Source: Desulfobulbaceae bacterium
GTDB lineage: Bacteria > Desulfobacterota > Desulfobulbia > Desulfobulbales > SURF-16
DNA: 64,000 nucleotides
NCBI GenBank assembly: GCA_002868945.1
Contig: PKTX01000068.1
Location: forward strand, 4,505 to 68,504
Direction of reading: 5' to 3'
Under the pieces are notes generated by a model. The model had not been told where the DNA came from and did no database searches. It saw only the letters and a list, made by a program, of their open reading frames with translations. Within the stretch, counting starts at the first letter, position 1, and each line of letters opens with the position of its first letter. Below are positions 31,963 through 41,300 of the stretch, piece after piece. The position numbers were made by a program, and so were the translations under genes.

Positions 31963-32613
31963 CTAAAAAGGGGGAGGGGATGAGAAAAAAGAACGCCTGC
32001 CGGTGACCGGATGAAAAAAGGTGATTTCCGTGGCATGCAGCATGAGCTGGTCGCCCTCCCGACCTTGCCCGTAGAGGGGATCGCCGATGATGGGGCGCCC
32101 GAGACCAAGGGGATGGGCGGCATGGACGCGTAACTGATGGGTGCGGCCGGTGATCGGGGTAAACTCCACCCGGCTCCGTTGCTCGTCGGCCCGGAGAAGA
32201 CGCCATTTGGTAATACCTGTTTTGCCCTGGTGCGGGTCATAGATCTGGCGGGGCCGGTTGTCCGGATCAAGGCGGAAGGCCAGGCGGATTTCACCGCTTG
32301 TTTGGCTGACGGGCCCGGCCAGCAGCGCCATATATTTTTTGACCACCAGGCGCTCGGCAAATTGGCGGGAGAGGGCGGCATGGGCATGCCTGGTCAGGGC
32401 CAGCACCATGAGGCCGGAGGTGGCCATGTCCAGGCGATGCACGGCCGGCTGGTCGAGGCAGGGTGACACAAGGGCCTTAAGCCGATTGACCACGCAGTCC
32501 TGTTTGTCCGGGCCGCGGCCGGGCACGGCCAGGAGGCCGCCCGGCTTGTTGATGACCACAAGGTGTGGATCGTGGTGGATGATGTCAAGGTGTGGGGCAG
32601 GTGGCTTGGTCAT
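31963..32613 (-). CDS. RluA-family pseudouridine synthase
   Basis: NKPGGLL, VHRLDMATSG, TGRTHQLRVH, PIIGDPLYG, LMLHA; start at MTKPP. Confidence 0.93.
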   Translation of the reverse strand: MTKPPAPHLDIIHHDPHLVVINKPGGLLAVPGRGPDKQDCVVNRLKALVSPCLDQPAVHRLDMATSGLMVLALTRHAHAALSRQFAERLVVKKYMALLAGPVSQTSGEIRLAFRLDPDNRPRQIYDPHQGKTGITKWRLLRADEQRSRVEFTPITGRTHQLRVHAAHPLGLGRPIIGDPLYGQGREGDQLMLHATEITFFHPVTGRRSFFSSPPPF

Positions 32614-33425
32614 GGCTTGAGGCCGCAAAGGAGAAAGCCGAGGATGGGTCGGCACTTGGCTGTGCAGGATGGATAGAAGACGCCGTGCCGCCTGGTTTGT
32701 GAACGGTTTTCCCGGCCCAGGAAGAATTCGCTTATACCCAGGGGTCTGAGTTCGTGGCGGGCCGCATAGTTGAGGAGCTTGGGGGCACAACAGTCACCGG
32801 TGCCGGTGGGCATGCCCCCCGGGCCGATGAAGGCCTCGGCAAGTGTGCTGGTCTGACCGCGGAAATTGGTGAGCCGGTAGAGGCCGTGCAGCCTCTTCAT
32901 CAGCTGCTGCGATAAAAGCCGGCGCTCGGCCAGGAGATGGTGGCGCTGGGGGGCATCCTCGGCCAGCCGGGCGATATGGCGGCCAAGCTCTTTGATACGG
33001 GCCTCCTGCGGCTGGTTGACTTGATGCCACTGGCCAACGTCAAAGAGGGGCGGCACCCAACCTGCCACCTGCCATCTGCCGTTGTACTGGCCGGAAAAGG
33101 CGCGTAAGACACCGGTGGAGCCATCCCGGTCCTCATAGGTCAGGACGCCGAACATCTGGCCGCGGGCCGGCCCTGAGAGATGGTCAAGGACCAGTTCCGG
33201 ATCAGCAGCATGGTCAGCACTTGCAAGATCTATACGGCCCTCTTTTTCTAGCCGGGCCAGCAGTTGGGCGGCATGTCGGATGCTGTCTGCCTGACCCAGG
33301 CCATGATGGCGGCCGCACCGGCGGCAGAAACCGGCGCACTCCTCCGGCGCACTCCTTGCGGCTGAGGAGGCGGCTGACGGCATGGCCACGCTATGACGGC
33401 AAAGGCTAGGCGGCATGGTCGGCAA
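32610..33425 (-). CDS. Hypothetical protein resembling the N-terminal region of long RluA-family proteins
   Basis: GQMFGVL, RAFSGQ, WVPP, GTGDCCAPKLL, FYPSC..KC.PIL; ATGA overlap with the RluA gene. Confidence 0.7.
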   Translation of the reverse strand: MPTMPPSLCRHSVAMPSAASSAARSAPEECAGFCRRCGRHHGLGQADSIRHAAQLLARLEKEGRIDLASADHAADPELVLDHLSGPARGQMFGVLTYEDRDGSTGVLRAFSGQYNGRWQVAGWVPPLFDVGQWHQVNQPQEARIKELGRHIARLAEDAPQRHHLLAERRLLSQQLMKRLHGLYRLTNFRGQTSTLAEAFIGPGGMPTGTGDCCAPKLLNYAARHELRPLGISEFFLGRENRSQTRRHGVFYPSCTAKCRPILGFLLCGLKP

Positions 33426-33451
33426 GGGAAGATACCTGACTGGCGTTCATG

Positions 33452-35440
33452 TCAGGCGGCAGGGGCGGGCTGATTTGTTTGGTCGGCAAAGAGGAGGCTG
33501 ATGGCCTTGCTGAGCTCTTCTACCTTGTAGGGCTTGGGGATGACCCCGCAGAAACCATACTCCTTAAAATTGGCCATAATAGGATCATTGGCATAGCCGC
33601 TGGAGGCCAGAGCCCTGATCTGCGGATCAATTTCTTTAAGGGCTGCCAATGTTTCCCTGCCCCCCATGCCTCCGGGAATGGTGAGATCCATGATGACGCC
33701 AGTGTAGGGGGTGCCCGCCTTTCTGGCCTTGTCATACCTCTCCACGGCGGCATGGCCATCCTTGACGCTGTCCGCCTGGCAGCCGAGAAAGCTGAGCATC
33801 TCGCCGAGCACCTCAAGAATGATCTCCTCGTCATCCATGAGCAGGAGTCGGCCATGCTGTGCTGTGGTCTGCAGGGTGTGCTCCTCTTCAGGGACAACGT
33901 CCTGGCTGGATGCCGGCAGGTGGATAGTGAAGGTTGTGCCGTGGTTCGGCTCCGACTCGACGCTGATATGGCCGCCATGGTTGGCGATAATGGAGTAGGT
34001 GATGGCCAGACCAAGACCGCTGCCCGTCTTTTTCTTGGAAAAATAGGGGTCGAAAATTTTGCCGATATCTTTCTTGCTGATGCCGTTACCCTGATCCTGA
34101 AAGATGATCTCGATATATTTGCCGGCCGGCAGGTTGAAGATATTGTCGTCGGCAATATCAACATTGGCGGCCTTGATGGTCAGGATGCCGCCCTCCGGCA
34201 TGGCCTGGCCGGCATTAATGGCCAGATTCTGGGCCACTTGGCTGAGCTGGCCCTTGTCCGCCTCCACCGGCAACAGATTGTCCGCTAACTGATAGTGACA
34301 TTTGATTTTGGAGCCGCGCAGGCTGAAGTCGGTGGCATCCTTGAGAATATCGCTAATAGTGGTGGTGGTCTTTATGGGCTCTCCACCCTTGGAGAAGGTG
34401 AGGAGCTGTTGGGTGAGATTCTGGGCAAGGAGAGAGGCCTTTTCCGTCCGTTCCAGGCGTTCGTAGGCCTTGTCCTCCGGATTGATATACATCTTGGCCA
34501 GGGAGATGTTGCCGATGATGGCCTGGAGCAGGTTGTTGAAATCATGGGCGATACCTCCGGCAAAAACCCCGACGGATTCGAGTTTGTGGGCCTTGATCAG
34601 CTCCTCTTCCATCCGTTTTTTTTCGGTGATGTCGCGGAATATGCATTGGGTATAGAGGGGGGAGCCGTTTTCAAACTTGCAGATGGCATTGCCCTCGATA
34701 ATCACCTTCTTGCCGTTTTTGTCGGCAAAAACCGTGTTGATGTAATGGGTCTTTTCCTCGGTGATAACCTTGCTGAAGGTGGTCCGGCAGTGCTCCAGGC
34801 AGTCCGGTGCAATGAGGTCGAAGATGGAGAGATCTTCGACCTCCTCCTCGCTGTAGCCGAAGGTGCGGCGCCAGGAGTCGTTGACATAGAGGAGCTTGCC
34901 GTCCGGGCGGATGAGCTGGATAAGGTCGTGGGCGTTTTCAAAGAGGGTGCGGTACCTCATCTCGCTTTCGCGCAGGGCCGCCTCGTTGCGGCTTCGTTCG
35001 CTGATGTCCCGGAAGAAGCCGGTCATGCGGACGGCCTTGCCGTCCTGGAAATGGGTGGTGCACTGGCCTTCGACTATGAGCTTGCGGCCGTTCTTGGTCA
35101 CGAAAACGGTTTCGTTGCGGTCAATATTGTCCCCGGAAATAAGCTGCTGGAAGATGGCCCGGCAAGAGGCCCGGCACTCTTTGTCGACAATGTCCAGGAG
35201 CTTCAGTTCCTTGAGATCGGCGTCACTGTAGCCCAGGGCGTTTTTCCAGGCCTGGTTGACATAGAGGAAGGTGCCGTCCGGCTTGACGCTGTGGATGAGT
35301 TCCCGGGCATGCTCAATCAGACACTGATATTTTTCAATATCCTCCTCCAGGGCCAAGATGGTCCGGATGCGGTTTGCCGCCTCTTTTTCCAGGAGCTGAT
35401 TCTTCTTGAGCAGGTCTTGATAGCTGGGAGGAGTGGTCAT
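33452..35440 (-). CDS. Cytoplasmic PAS-PAS hybrid histidine kinase with receiver domain
   Basis: Two PAS domains, GGIAHDFNN, GSGLGL, C-terminal LLMDDE...MDLTIP...PKP. Confidence 0.93.
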   Translation of the reverse strand: MTTPPSYQDLLKKNQLLEKEAANRIRTILALEEDIEKYQCLIEHARELIHSVKPDGTFLYVNQAWKNALGYSDADLKELKLLDIVDKECRASCRAIFQQLISGDNIDRNETVFVTKNGRKLIVEGQCTTHFQDGKAVRMTGFFRDISERSRNEAALRESEMRYRTLFENAHDLIQLIRPDGKLLYVNDSWRRTFGYSEEEVEDLSIFDLIAPDCLEHCRTTFSKVITEEKTHYINTVFADKNGKKVIIEGNAICKFENGSPLYTQCIFRDITEKKRMEEELIKAHKLESVGVFAGGIAHDFNNLLQAIIGNISLAKMYINPEDKAYERLERTEKASLLAQNLTQQLLTFSKGGEPIKTTTTISDILKDATDFSLRGSKIKCHYQLADNLLPVEADKGQLSQVAQNLAINAGQAMPEGGILTIKAANVDIADDNIFNLPAGKYIEIIFQDQGNGISKKDIGKIFDPYFSKKKTGSGLGLAITYSIIANHGGHISVESEPNHGTTFTIHLPASSQDVVPEEEHTLQTTAQHGRLLLMDDEEIILEVLGEMLSFLGCQADSVKDGHAAVERYDKARKAGTPYTGVIMDLTIPGGMGGRETLAALKEIDPQIRALASSGYANDPIMANFKEYGFCGVIPKPYKVEELSKAISLLFADQTNQPAPAA

Positions 35441-35468
35441 AAATTATTCGCGTGCCAGAGGCAACCTT

Positions 35469-35631
35469 GACGGCGGCGCTGAAACTCTTTTTCTCCTGCG
35501 TCGTGGCGGCATCTCGGGTGCTTGATCGTACAATATGTACGCTGTCGCGCCCTCGACACCTCTACTCCGAGGATATCAAAGTTTTTGCTGAGCCGTCTCA
35601 AGCGGTACAATGGACTTTTTGCCGGTCCATC
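35469..35631. mobile_element. MITE-like element, family C
   Basis: Ends GACGG.../...CCATC, flanked by the 6-bp direct repeat AACCTT (35463-35468 and 35632-35637); related to 21397-21593. Confidence 0.75.
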
Positions 35632-35791
35632 AACCTTGGGAAGTAAGGGAAATTTTAACGGAATATCACGAAAAACATCACACTTGACAGTGTAGATGTT
35701 CGCCCTGTTTTTTCAAGGTTTTTTTTGGGTGGCGGTTGCCTTGCCGCTGCGCCCCGCCAGGCTGGCATGGGCGGCGGTTTTCAAGGTACTG

Positions 35792-37018
35792 CTACGAACC
35801 GGCCTCGGCAAATTCCTGCAGGACGTCAAGAAGAAAATCGATATCTTGTTGTGCATGGGCCGCCGACACCTGCAGGCGGATCTCATCGGCGCCGCGCGGT
35901 ACCACCGGGTAGCTCAGTGGCGTCACCAGTATGTTCTTGGCAAAGAGAAAGTCGGCCAGCCGGCGATTGCGGCCGGTGTCGCCGGTGACCACCGGCACAA
36001 TGGGGTGGTCACTTTCGATAATCTGAAAGCCCAGCTCGATAAGCCCCTGTTCCAGGTGTCTGGTCAGGCGGCGCAGGGTGCCGAGGCGCGCCGCACCCTC
36101 AGGCCCTGCCACCAGCTCGACGCTGCAGCGGGCCGCGGCTGCCTCGGCCGGTGTGATCGGGTTGGAGTAGATATAACAGGCGGCGCTCTCGCGCAGATAA
36201 CCAATCAGTTCGGCCGCACCGGTGACGTAGCCGCCGTTGACGCCAAAGGCCTTGCCCAGGGTGCCGATGACAAGATCCACCCGGCTCCGGCAAAACTCCT
36301 CGCAGCCGCGGCCGGTCGCGCCGAAGACGCCGACACCGTGCGAATCGTCGATAATGGTCAGGATGCCCTCGGCAAAGTCCTGGCCATACCTGTCGCGCAG
36401 GGAGGTGATGGCGGCCAGGGGGGCATGGTCGCCGCGCATGCTGAAAATGCCGTCACTGACAATGAGCACACGCCGCACCTGGCCCTGACATTCGGTAATA
36501 CATTTTTCCAGCTCCGCCATGTCGAGATGGCCATAGATCTTTTTGACCGCCGGTGTGGCCAGGCGCAGGCCGTTAATGATCGAGTTGTGGTTGAGTTCGT
36601 CGCTGATCACCGCGGTTTCCGGCGTAATCAGTGGGGCCAGCACCCCCAGCACCGCGGCATAGGCCGAGCTGAAGATCATGGCCGCCGGCCGCTCATGGAA
36701 ACGGGCCAGCTCACTCTCAAGATCGATATGGGGCTGCATGGTGCCGCTGATAAAGCGCACCGCGCCGTGGCCGACACCGTAACGGGCCACTGCCTCTTCG
36801 GCAGCCTTGGCAGGCGCAGGATGCTGGTCCAGGCCAAGATAGGAGTTGCTGTTCATGCGCAGGTAGGGGGTCTGGCCCTGGCCGGCCAGAAGAACGCGAG
36901 GGCCAAGGCCGTCTTTGCCCGGCACGATGGCGCTGATCACCCGCTCCTGCCCTTTGAGAATCCCTTGGCGGCGGTGCTCTTCAAGATCGGCGGCCAGTAC
37001 CTGGTGCAGCGTGTTCAT
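35792..37018 (-). CDS. kbl: Glycine C-acetyltransferase (2-amino-3-ketobutyrate CoA ligase)
   Basis: NSYLGL, VRFISGT, SDELNHNSII, DGIFSM, DDSHG, GTLGKA; coupled to the upstream threonine dehydrogenase. Confidence 0.88.
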   Translation of the reverse strand: MNTLHQVLAADLEEHRRQGILKGQERVISAIVPGKDGLGPRVLLAGQGQTPYLRMNSNSYLGLDQHPAPAKAAEEAVARYGVGHGAVRFISGTMQPHIDLESELARFHERPAAMIFSSAYAAVLGVLAPLITPETAVISDELNHNSIINGLRLATPAVKKIYGHLDMAELEKCITECQGQVRRVLIVSDGIFSMRGDHAPLAAITSLRDRYGQDFAEGILTIIDDSHGVGVFGATGRGCEEFCRSRVDLVIGTLGKAFGVNGGYVTGAAELIGYLRESAACYIYSNPITPAEAAAARCSVELVAGPEGAARLGTLRRLTRHLEQGLIELGFQIIESDHPIVPVVTGDTGRNRRLADFLFAKNILVTPLSYPVVPRGADEIRLQVSAAHAQQDIDFLLDVLQEFAEAGS

Positions 37019-37980
37019 GGCGTTTTTCTCCCTGTCGTGTCCGTGGCCAGGGCGGCCAGCATATCGGTCACCATGGCGGTCAGATCGTAGTGTGGCTGCC
37101 ACTCCCATTCGCGGCGGGCCACCGAGTCGTCCATGCTGTGCGGCCAGCTATCGGCAATGGCCTGGCGAACCGGATCGATGTTGTAGCTGATGGTAAAGCC
37201 GGGCACCTCTTTGTGGATGGCACGGGCCAGCTCGGCCGGCGTGAAGTTCATGGCCGTGACATTGTAGGCGTTGCGTTGCGTGAGACGATCGGCATCCGCC
37301 TCCATCAGGGAGATGGCGGCGCGGATGGCGTCCGGCATATACATCATATCCAGCCGGCTGTCTGGCCCGAGAAAGCAGCAATAGGGCTGGCCGGCCACGG
37401 CCGCATGGAAGATTTCCACGGCATAGTCGGTGGTGCCGCCGCCCGGCGCTGTCAGGGCTGAGATCAGGCCCGGAAAGCGGACGCCCCGGCAATCAACCCC
37501 GAAACGCTGGTAATAATAGGCGCAGAGTAGTTCACCGCTTAGTTTACTGATGCCGTAGATGGTGGTTGGATGCTGGAGGGTGACCTGGGGGGTGTGGTCG
37601 GGCGGCGTAGTGGGGCCAAAGGCGCCGATGGAGCTGGGAAAAAACAGGGCGCAGCCCTGCTGGCGACACACCTCCAGGACATTGAGCAGACCGCCCATGT
37701 TGACCTGCCAGGCCAGCTGCGGCTTGGCCTCGGCCACGGCCGACAGCAAAGCGGCCAGGTGATAGATGGTATCGATGTGAAAGTCGGCCACCACCTGGGC
37801 CAGGGCCGCCTGGTCGGTGACATCAAGATAGACAAAGGGGCCTGACTCTTTCATGGCCGTATTCGGCAGGCGCTTGCGGCCCGAGGCCACCACCTGATCG
37901 CCGCCATATCTGGCCCGCAGGGCCAGGGTCAGCTCCGAGCCGATCTGGCCGGTGGCCCCGGTGATAAGTATGCGTTGCAT
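37015..37980 (-). CDS. L-threonine 3-dehydrogenase, SDR/epimerase type
   Basis: GATGQIG, HLAALLSA, PSSIGAFG, YGISK, PGGGTTDYA, MMYMPD. Confidence 0.9.
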   Translation of the reverse strand: MQRILITGATGQIGSELTLALRARYGGDQVVASGRKRLPNTAMKESGPFVYLDVTDQAALAQVVADFHIDTIYHLAALLSAVAEAKPQLAWQVNMGGLLNVLEVCRQQGCALFFPSSIGAFGPTTPPDHTPQVTLQHPTTIYGISKLSGELLCAYYYQRFGVDCRGVRFPGLISALTAPGGGTTDYAVEIFHAAVAGQPYCCFLGPDSRLDMMYMPDAIRAAISLMEADADRLTQRNAYNVTAMNFTPAELARAIHKEVPGFTISYNIDPVRQAIADSWPHSMDDSVARREWEWQPHYDLTAMVTDMLAALATDTTGRKTP

Positions 37981-38002
37981 TCTGCCTCCTTGTCTTCTCC
38001 AA

Positions 38003-38032
38003 AGTATGCCCGGCCACAGGAGCGCCTGTCAA
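38003..38032 (-). promoter_or_regulatory. Sigma70-type promoter for the tdh-kbl operon
   Basis: TTGACA-18 bp-CATACT, followed by an AAGGAGG RBS. Confidence 0.55.
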
Positions 38033-38355
38033 ATCCCTTTGCCGGGATGGGTGGAGGTCAATAAACTTAAACGGAAATATCAAAGGTGGGCAAAAGGTAA
38101 CCAAATTCATATTTGGATTTTTGTGAAAGATTTTTTTGTTTCTGTTTTTGTTAGGTTTTTTCACTCTCTCACCTTAGGGAGACAGCTGGTGGGGTATGAG
38201 GGAATGTTTGGGTGTTTTGTTGTTTTTTCATGAAATTGGGAGGTTGGAAATGTCTTGACTTGGGAACGCAAGTGGGCTAAAAACGATTCTGTTTATATTT
38301 TTTGTCAGGGTGTGCCGGTTTAGATGGAGCAATTCGGTTAAACGTTGGGGGGTAC

Positions 38356-41300
38356 ATGGGCTCGATTTCGCGGGGTGAATTCCGGTGGATTGCCAAGCTG
38401 TTTTACATTTTGTTCATAGTGACTTTCTGTTCGTATGGATCGGCACAGGCAGATTTTATAGCGCAGACAATTGACCAGCAGGGCAGTGTAACTGTCATGC
38501 AGGTGACAGGTGATTACTCGGCTGATCTTTCTAATGGTTCTCCTAATCCCCTCCCTCGCCAGGAAATTGCCAAAGAGTTCTATAAAACCCATGCTGATGA
38601 CTATGATTTCCTGGTCATCTTTTCTAATTTCGATTTCCAGATGCCCGCCCTTGAGGCAGCGGCGTTTTATCTTGGCGTAAAAAACGACACGCACGGCATC
38701 GGGCAGGATCTTTTTGACCATTCCGGTTCTTTCGGCAGTGCGGGTAGATTGCAAGGAACTATTGATATGGGCAACGTGGCCAGCCTGGCCACTGACCCCT
38801 TATCTCCCGAATTTTCATTAACCCTTGGCCTTTTAAGCCATGAACTTTTGCACCGGTGGGCAGCACGATCTTCTTTTCAAAGATTAGATGGCGTCATCAG
38901 TTCTGATCTGTTGGGAATGGGTGGAAATCACTGGAGCTTTTTGCTTGATACAGCCGGTTCACTCCAATACGGCAATCGCTGGGTAGACAATGGTGATGGC
39001 ACCTTTACATCCCTGCCTGGCCGAAAGTATTTCAGCCCGATTGATCTCTATCTCATGGGCCTGCTGGAGAAGTCCCAGGTCCCCCCCATGCTTTTGATCG
39101 ACAATAAAGAAGTCGATCCGGCACAGCTTACTAAAAGCGGGGTGACAATCAGTGGGCAGGCAAGCTATGTAACAATCGATGATATCATCGCTGCTGATGG
39201 TGAACGGATACCTGGTTATACCGATTCCCAGAAGGATTTTAACATCGGCTGCATTCTGGTAACCCAGCCAGGTACCTACACGGGATCAGAGCTGCAGGGG
39301 ATTAACAACCTTGCCAATGCCTGGCCTGTCTGGTTCTCTAGCCTGACGGGTGGAGTGGGTAAAATAGCACTGAATGCAGAGGCACTTGACACCTTACCGT
39401 CTAACCCAGGAATAGTGGAACCTGTGGTTGATCCACGCAGTGCACCACCGGAAGTTCAGGATGGCGTTGCCTGGCTCCAGAATCATCAGCTTGCGGATGG
39501 CTCGTGGCAAGACGCCAGCCGCACCATGGGCAGAGACACTGCCGAAGCAGTTGCCGCTCTTGCCAACTTTACCACTGCCACTACTCATGTTGCAGACGGC
39601 ATCCAATGGCTCACCAATCATGAGCCGTTTCATCTTGATTTTATTGCCAGAAAAATTGAGGTTATGGCCCTTACCGGCAATGATGCTTCTGTCTGGCTCT
39701 CCGAGCTGGTTGGTCGCCAAAACCCTGATGGTGGCTGGGGTAGTCAGCGGAACTATCTCAGCAACCCTTCCGATACCGGCTTGGCACTGCGCGCCTTGTC
39801 CGGGGCCAATTTTTCAGACGAACAAACGGTTGGCAGGGCAGTTTCCTATCTTCTGGGAAATCAGCATGCAGATGGCGGTTGGGGTAATAACGACCAAGGT
39901 TCCATGGTGGAAACCACGGTCAATGTGTTGATGGCCTTTGAAAAATATCTGGATCTTTACGATGTCAGCGCAGCCCGTCAAGCTGCTGTGGACTGGTTGC
40001 TGACCAAGCAGAATGAAGATGGTGGTTTCGGCAACAGTCCCAGTACCATTTATAATACGGCTGCCGCCCTGATGGCGTTAAAAGAGCTGGGGATCAGCGG
40101 TGAGGCACCTGATAAGGCCTTGGCCTACATCCTTGAAAGACAGACCGCCACCGGTAGCTGGGCAGAAAGTCCGTATCAGACTGCCATGGCCATCGAGGCC
40201 ATTTGGCACAGTACCCAAGAGCCAGACCTGGTAATCCCCAACGATGCAATAACTTTAAGCCCGGCGATCATTAGCCAGATCCCAAGCACCTTGACCCTGA
40301 CTGCCAGCCTCTGGAATATTGGTTTAACTGATGTGGCGGATGTCAAGGTGGCACTCTATGCCGACGTGATAGCTGACTCTGCCAAGTTGAGCGAGCAGGT
40401 TGTCAGCATTGCCGGTCAATCTACCGTGCCCCTTAGCTTTGCCGTTGAGGTTGATGATGGCGAAGCCCATCGCTATTACCTGGTGGTGGATCCTGATGAT
40501 GCGGTGGAGGAGTCCAGCGAATCAAATAACACAGTTTTAAAAACCATCTATCCCGATGCCACCTATGATTTTGAGCTTACCTCAGCTGGTCTGACAGTTT
40601 CACCCGTCACTGTTGACTTCCTTCAGGACGTGACTATTTCTGCTACAGTAAAAAACAGCGGTACTCGTAGTGCGTATAGTGTGCCTGTGCGCTACTCAGC
40701 CATTACCCCAAGCGGCCAGATTGATATTGCAACTGTAACGGTTGATGTTCCTGCCGGTTCTTCAGCTACTAAAGAGGTGACCTGGCGAGCTGACCAAGTT
40801 GGCAGCGATATGGATGTCGTGGTTTCTGTCGATCCTGATAATAGCCTCCTTGAACTTGACGAAAGTAATAACTCTGGAACAAGCAAAGTCACGGTTAATG
40901 CTGCTACAGATCCGAACTTGACGGTTAACCATCAGGATATTCTTATTACACCTAGCCCTGCCTCTCAGGGTGACAATGCTATCATCACAGCCCTCATCAA
41001 GAACCAGGGTTTTTCAACGGCCAACAATATCACCGTTGAGTTTTATGTTGGTGTGCCGGGAGTTGACGGAGTGTTACTTGGTCGCCAAGTTATTCCAAGC
41101 TTGAACGCTGCCGAGAGCACTACTGTTGGTATTGACTGGCAGAATATACCAGCACCTGGCGAAAAGGTAATTACGGTGGTGGTTGATCCTGCCAACACCA
41201 TTCAGGAAATTGCTGAGGATGACAACAGTAGTTTTGTGACCTTACCCATTCTTAATTTACCTGACTTTGCCGTTCATACAGGATCTATCTCTTTTCTGCC

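Noticed and set aside
38255-38283. TTGACT-17 bp-TAAAAA as promoter of the giant operon
   Set aside because: The -10 element lacks the conserved final T; too weak to call.
39455-40205. Squalene-hopene cyclase or alpha-2-macroglobulin call for the giant protein
   Set aside because: No DxDD motif, no CxEQ thioester motif, and only one toroid within an exported protein.
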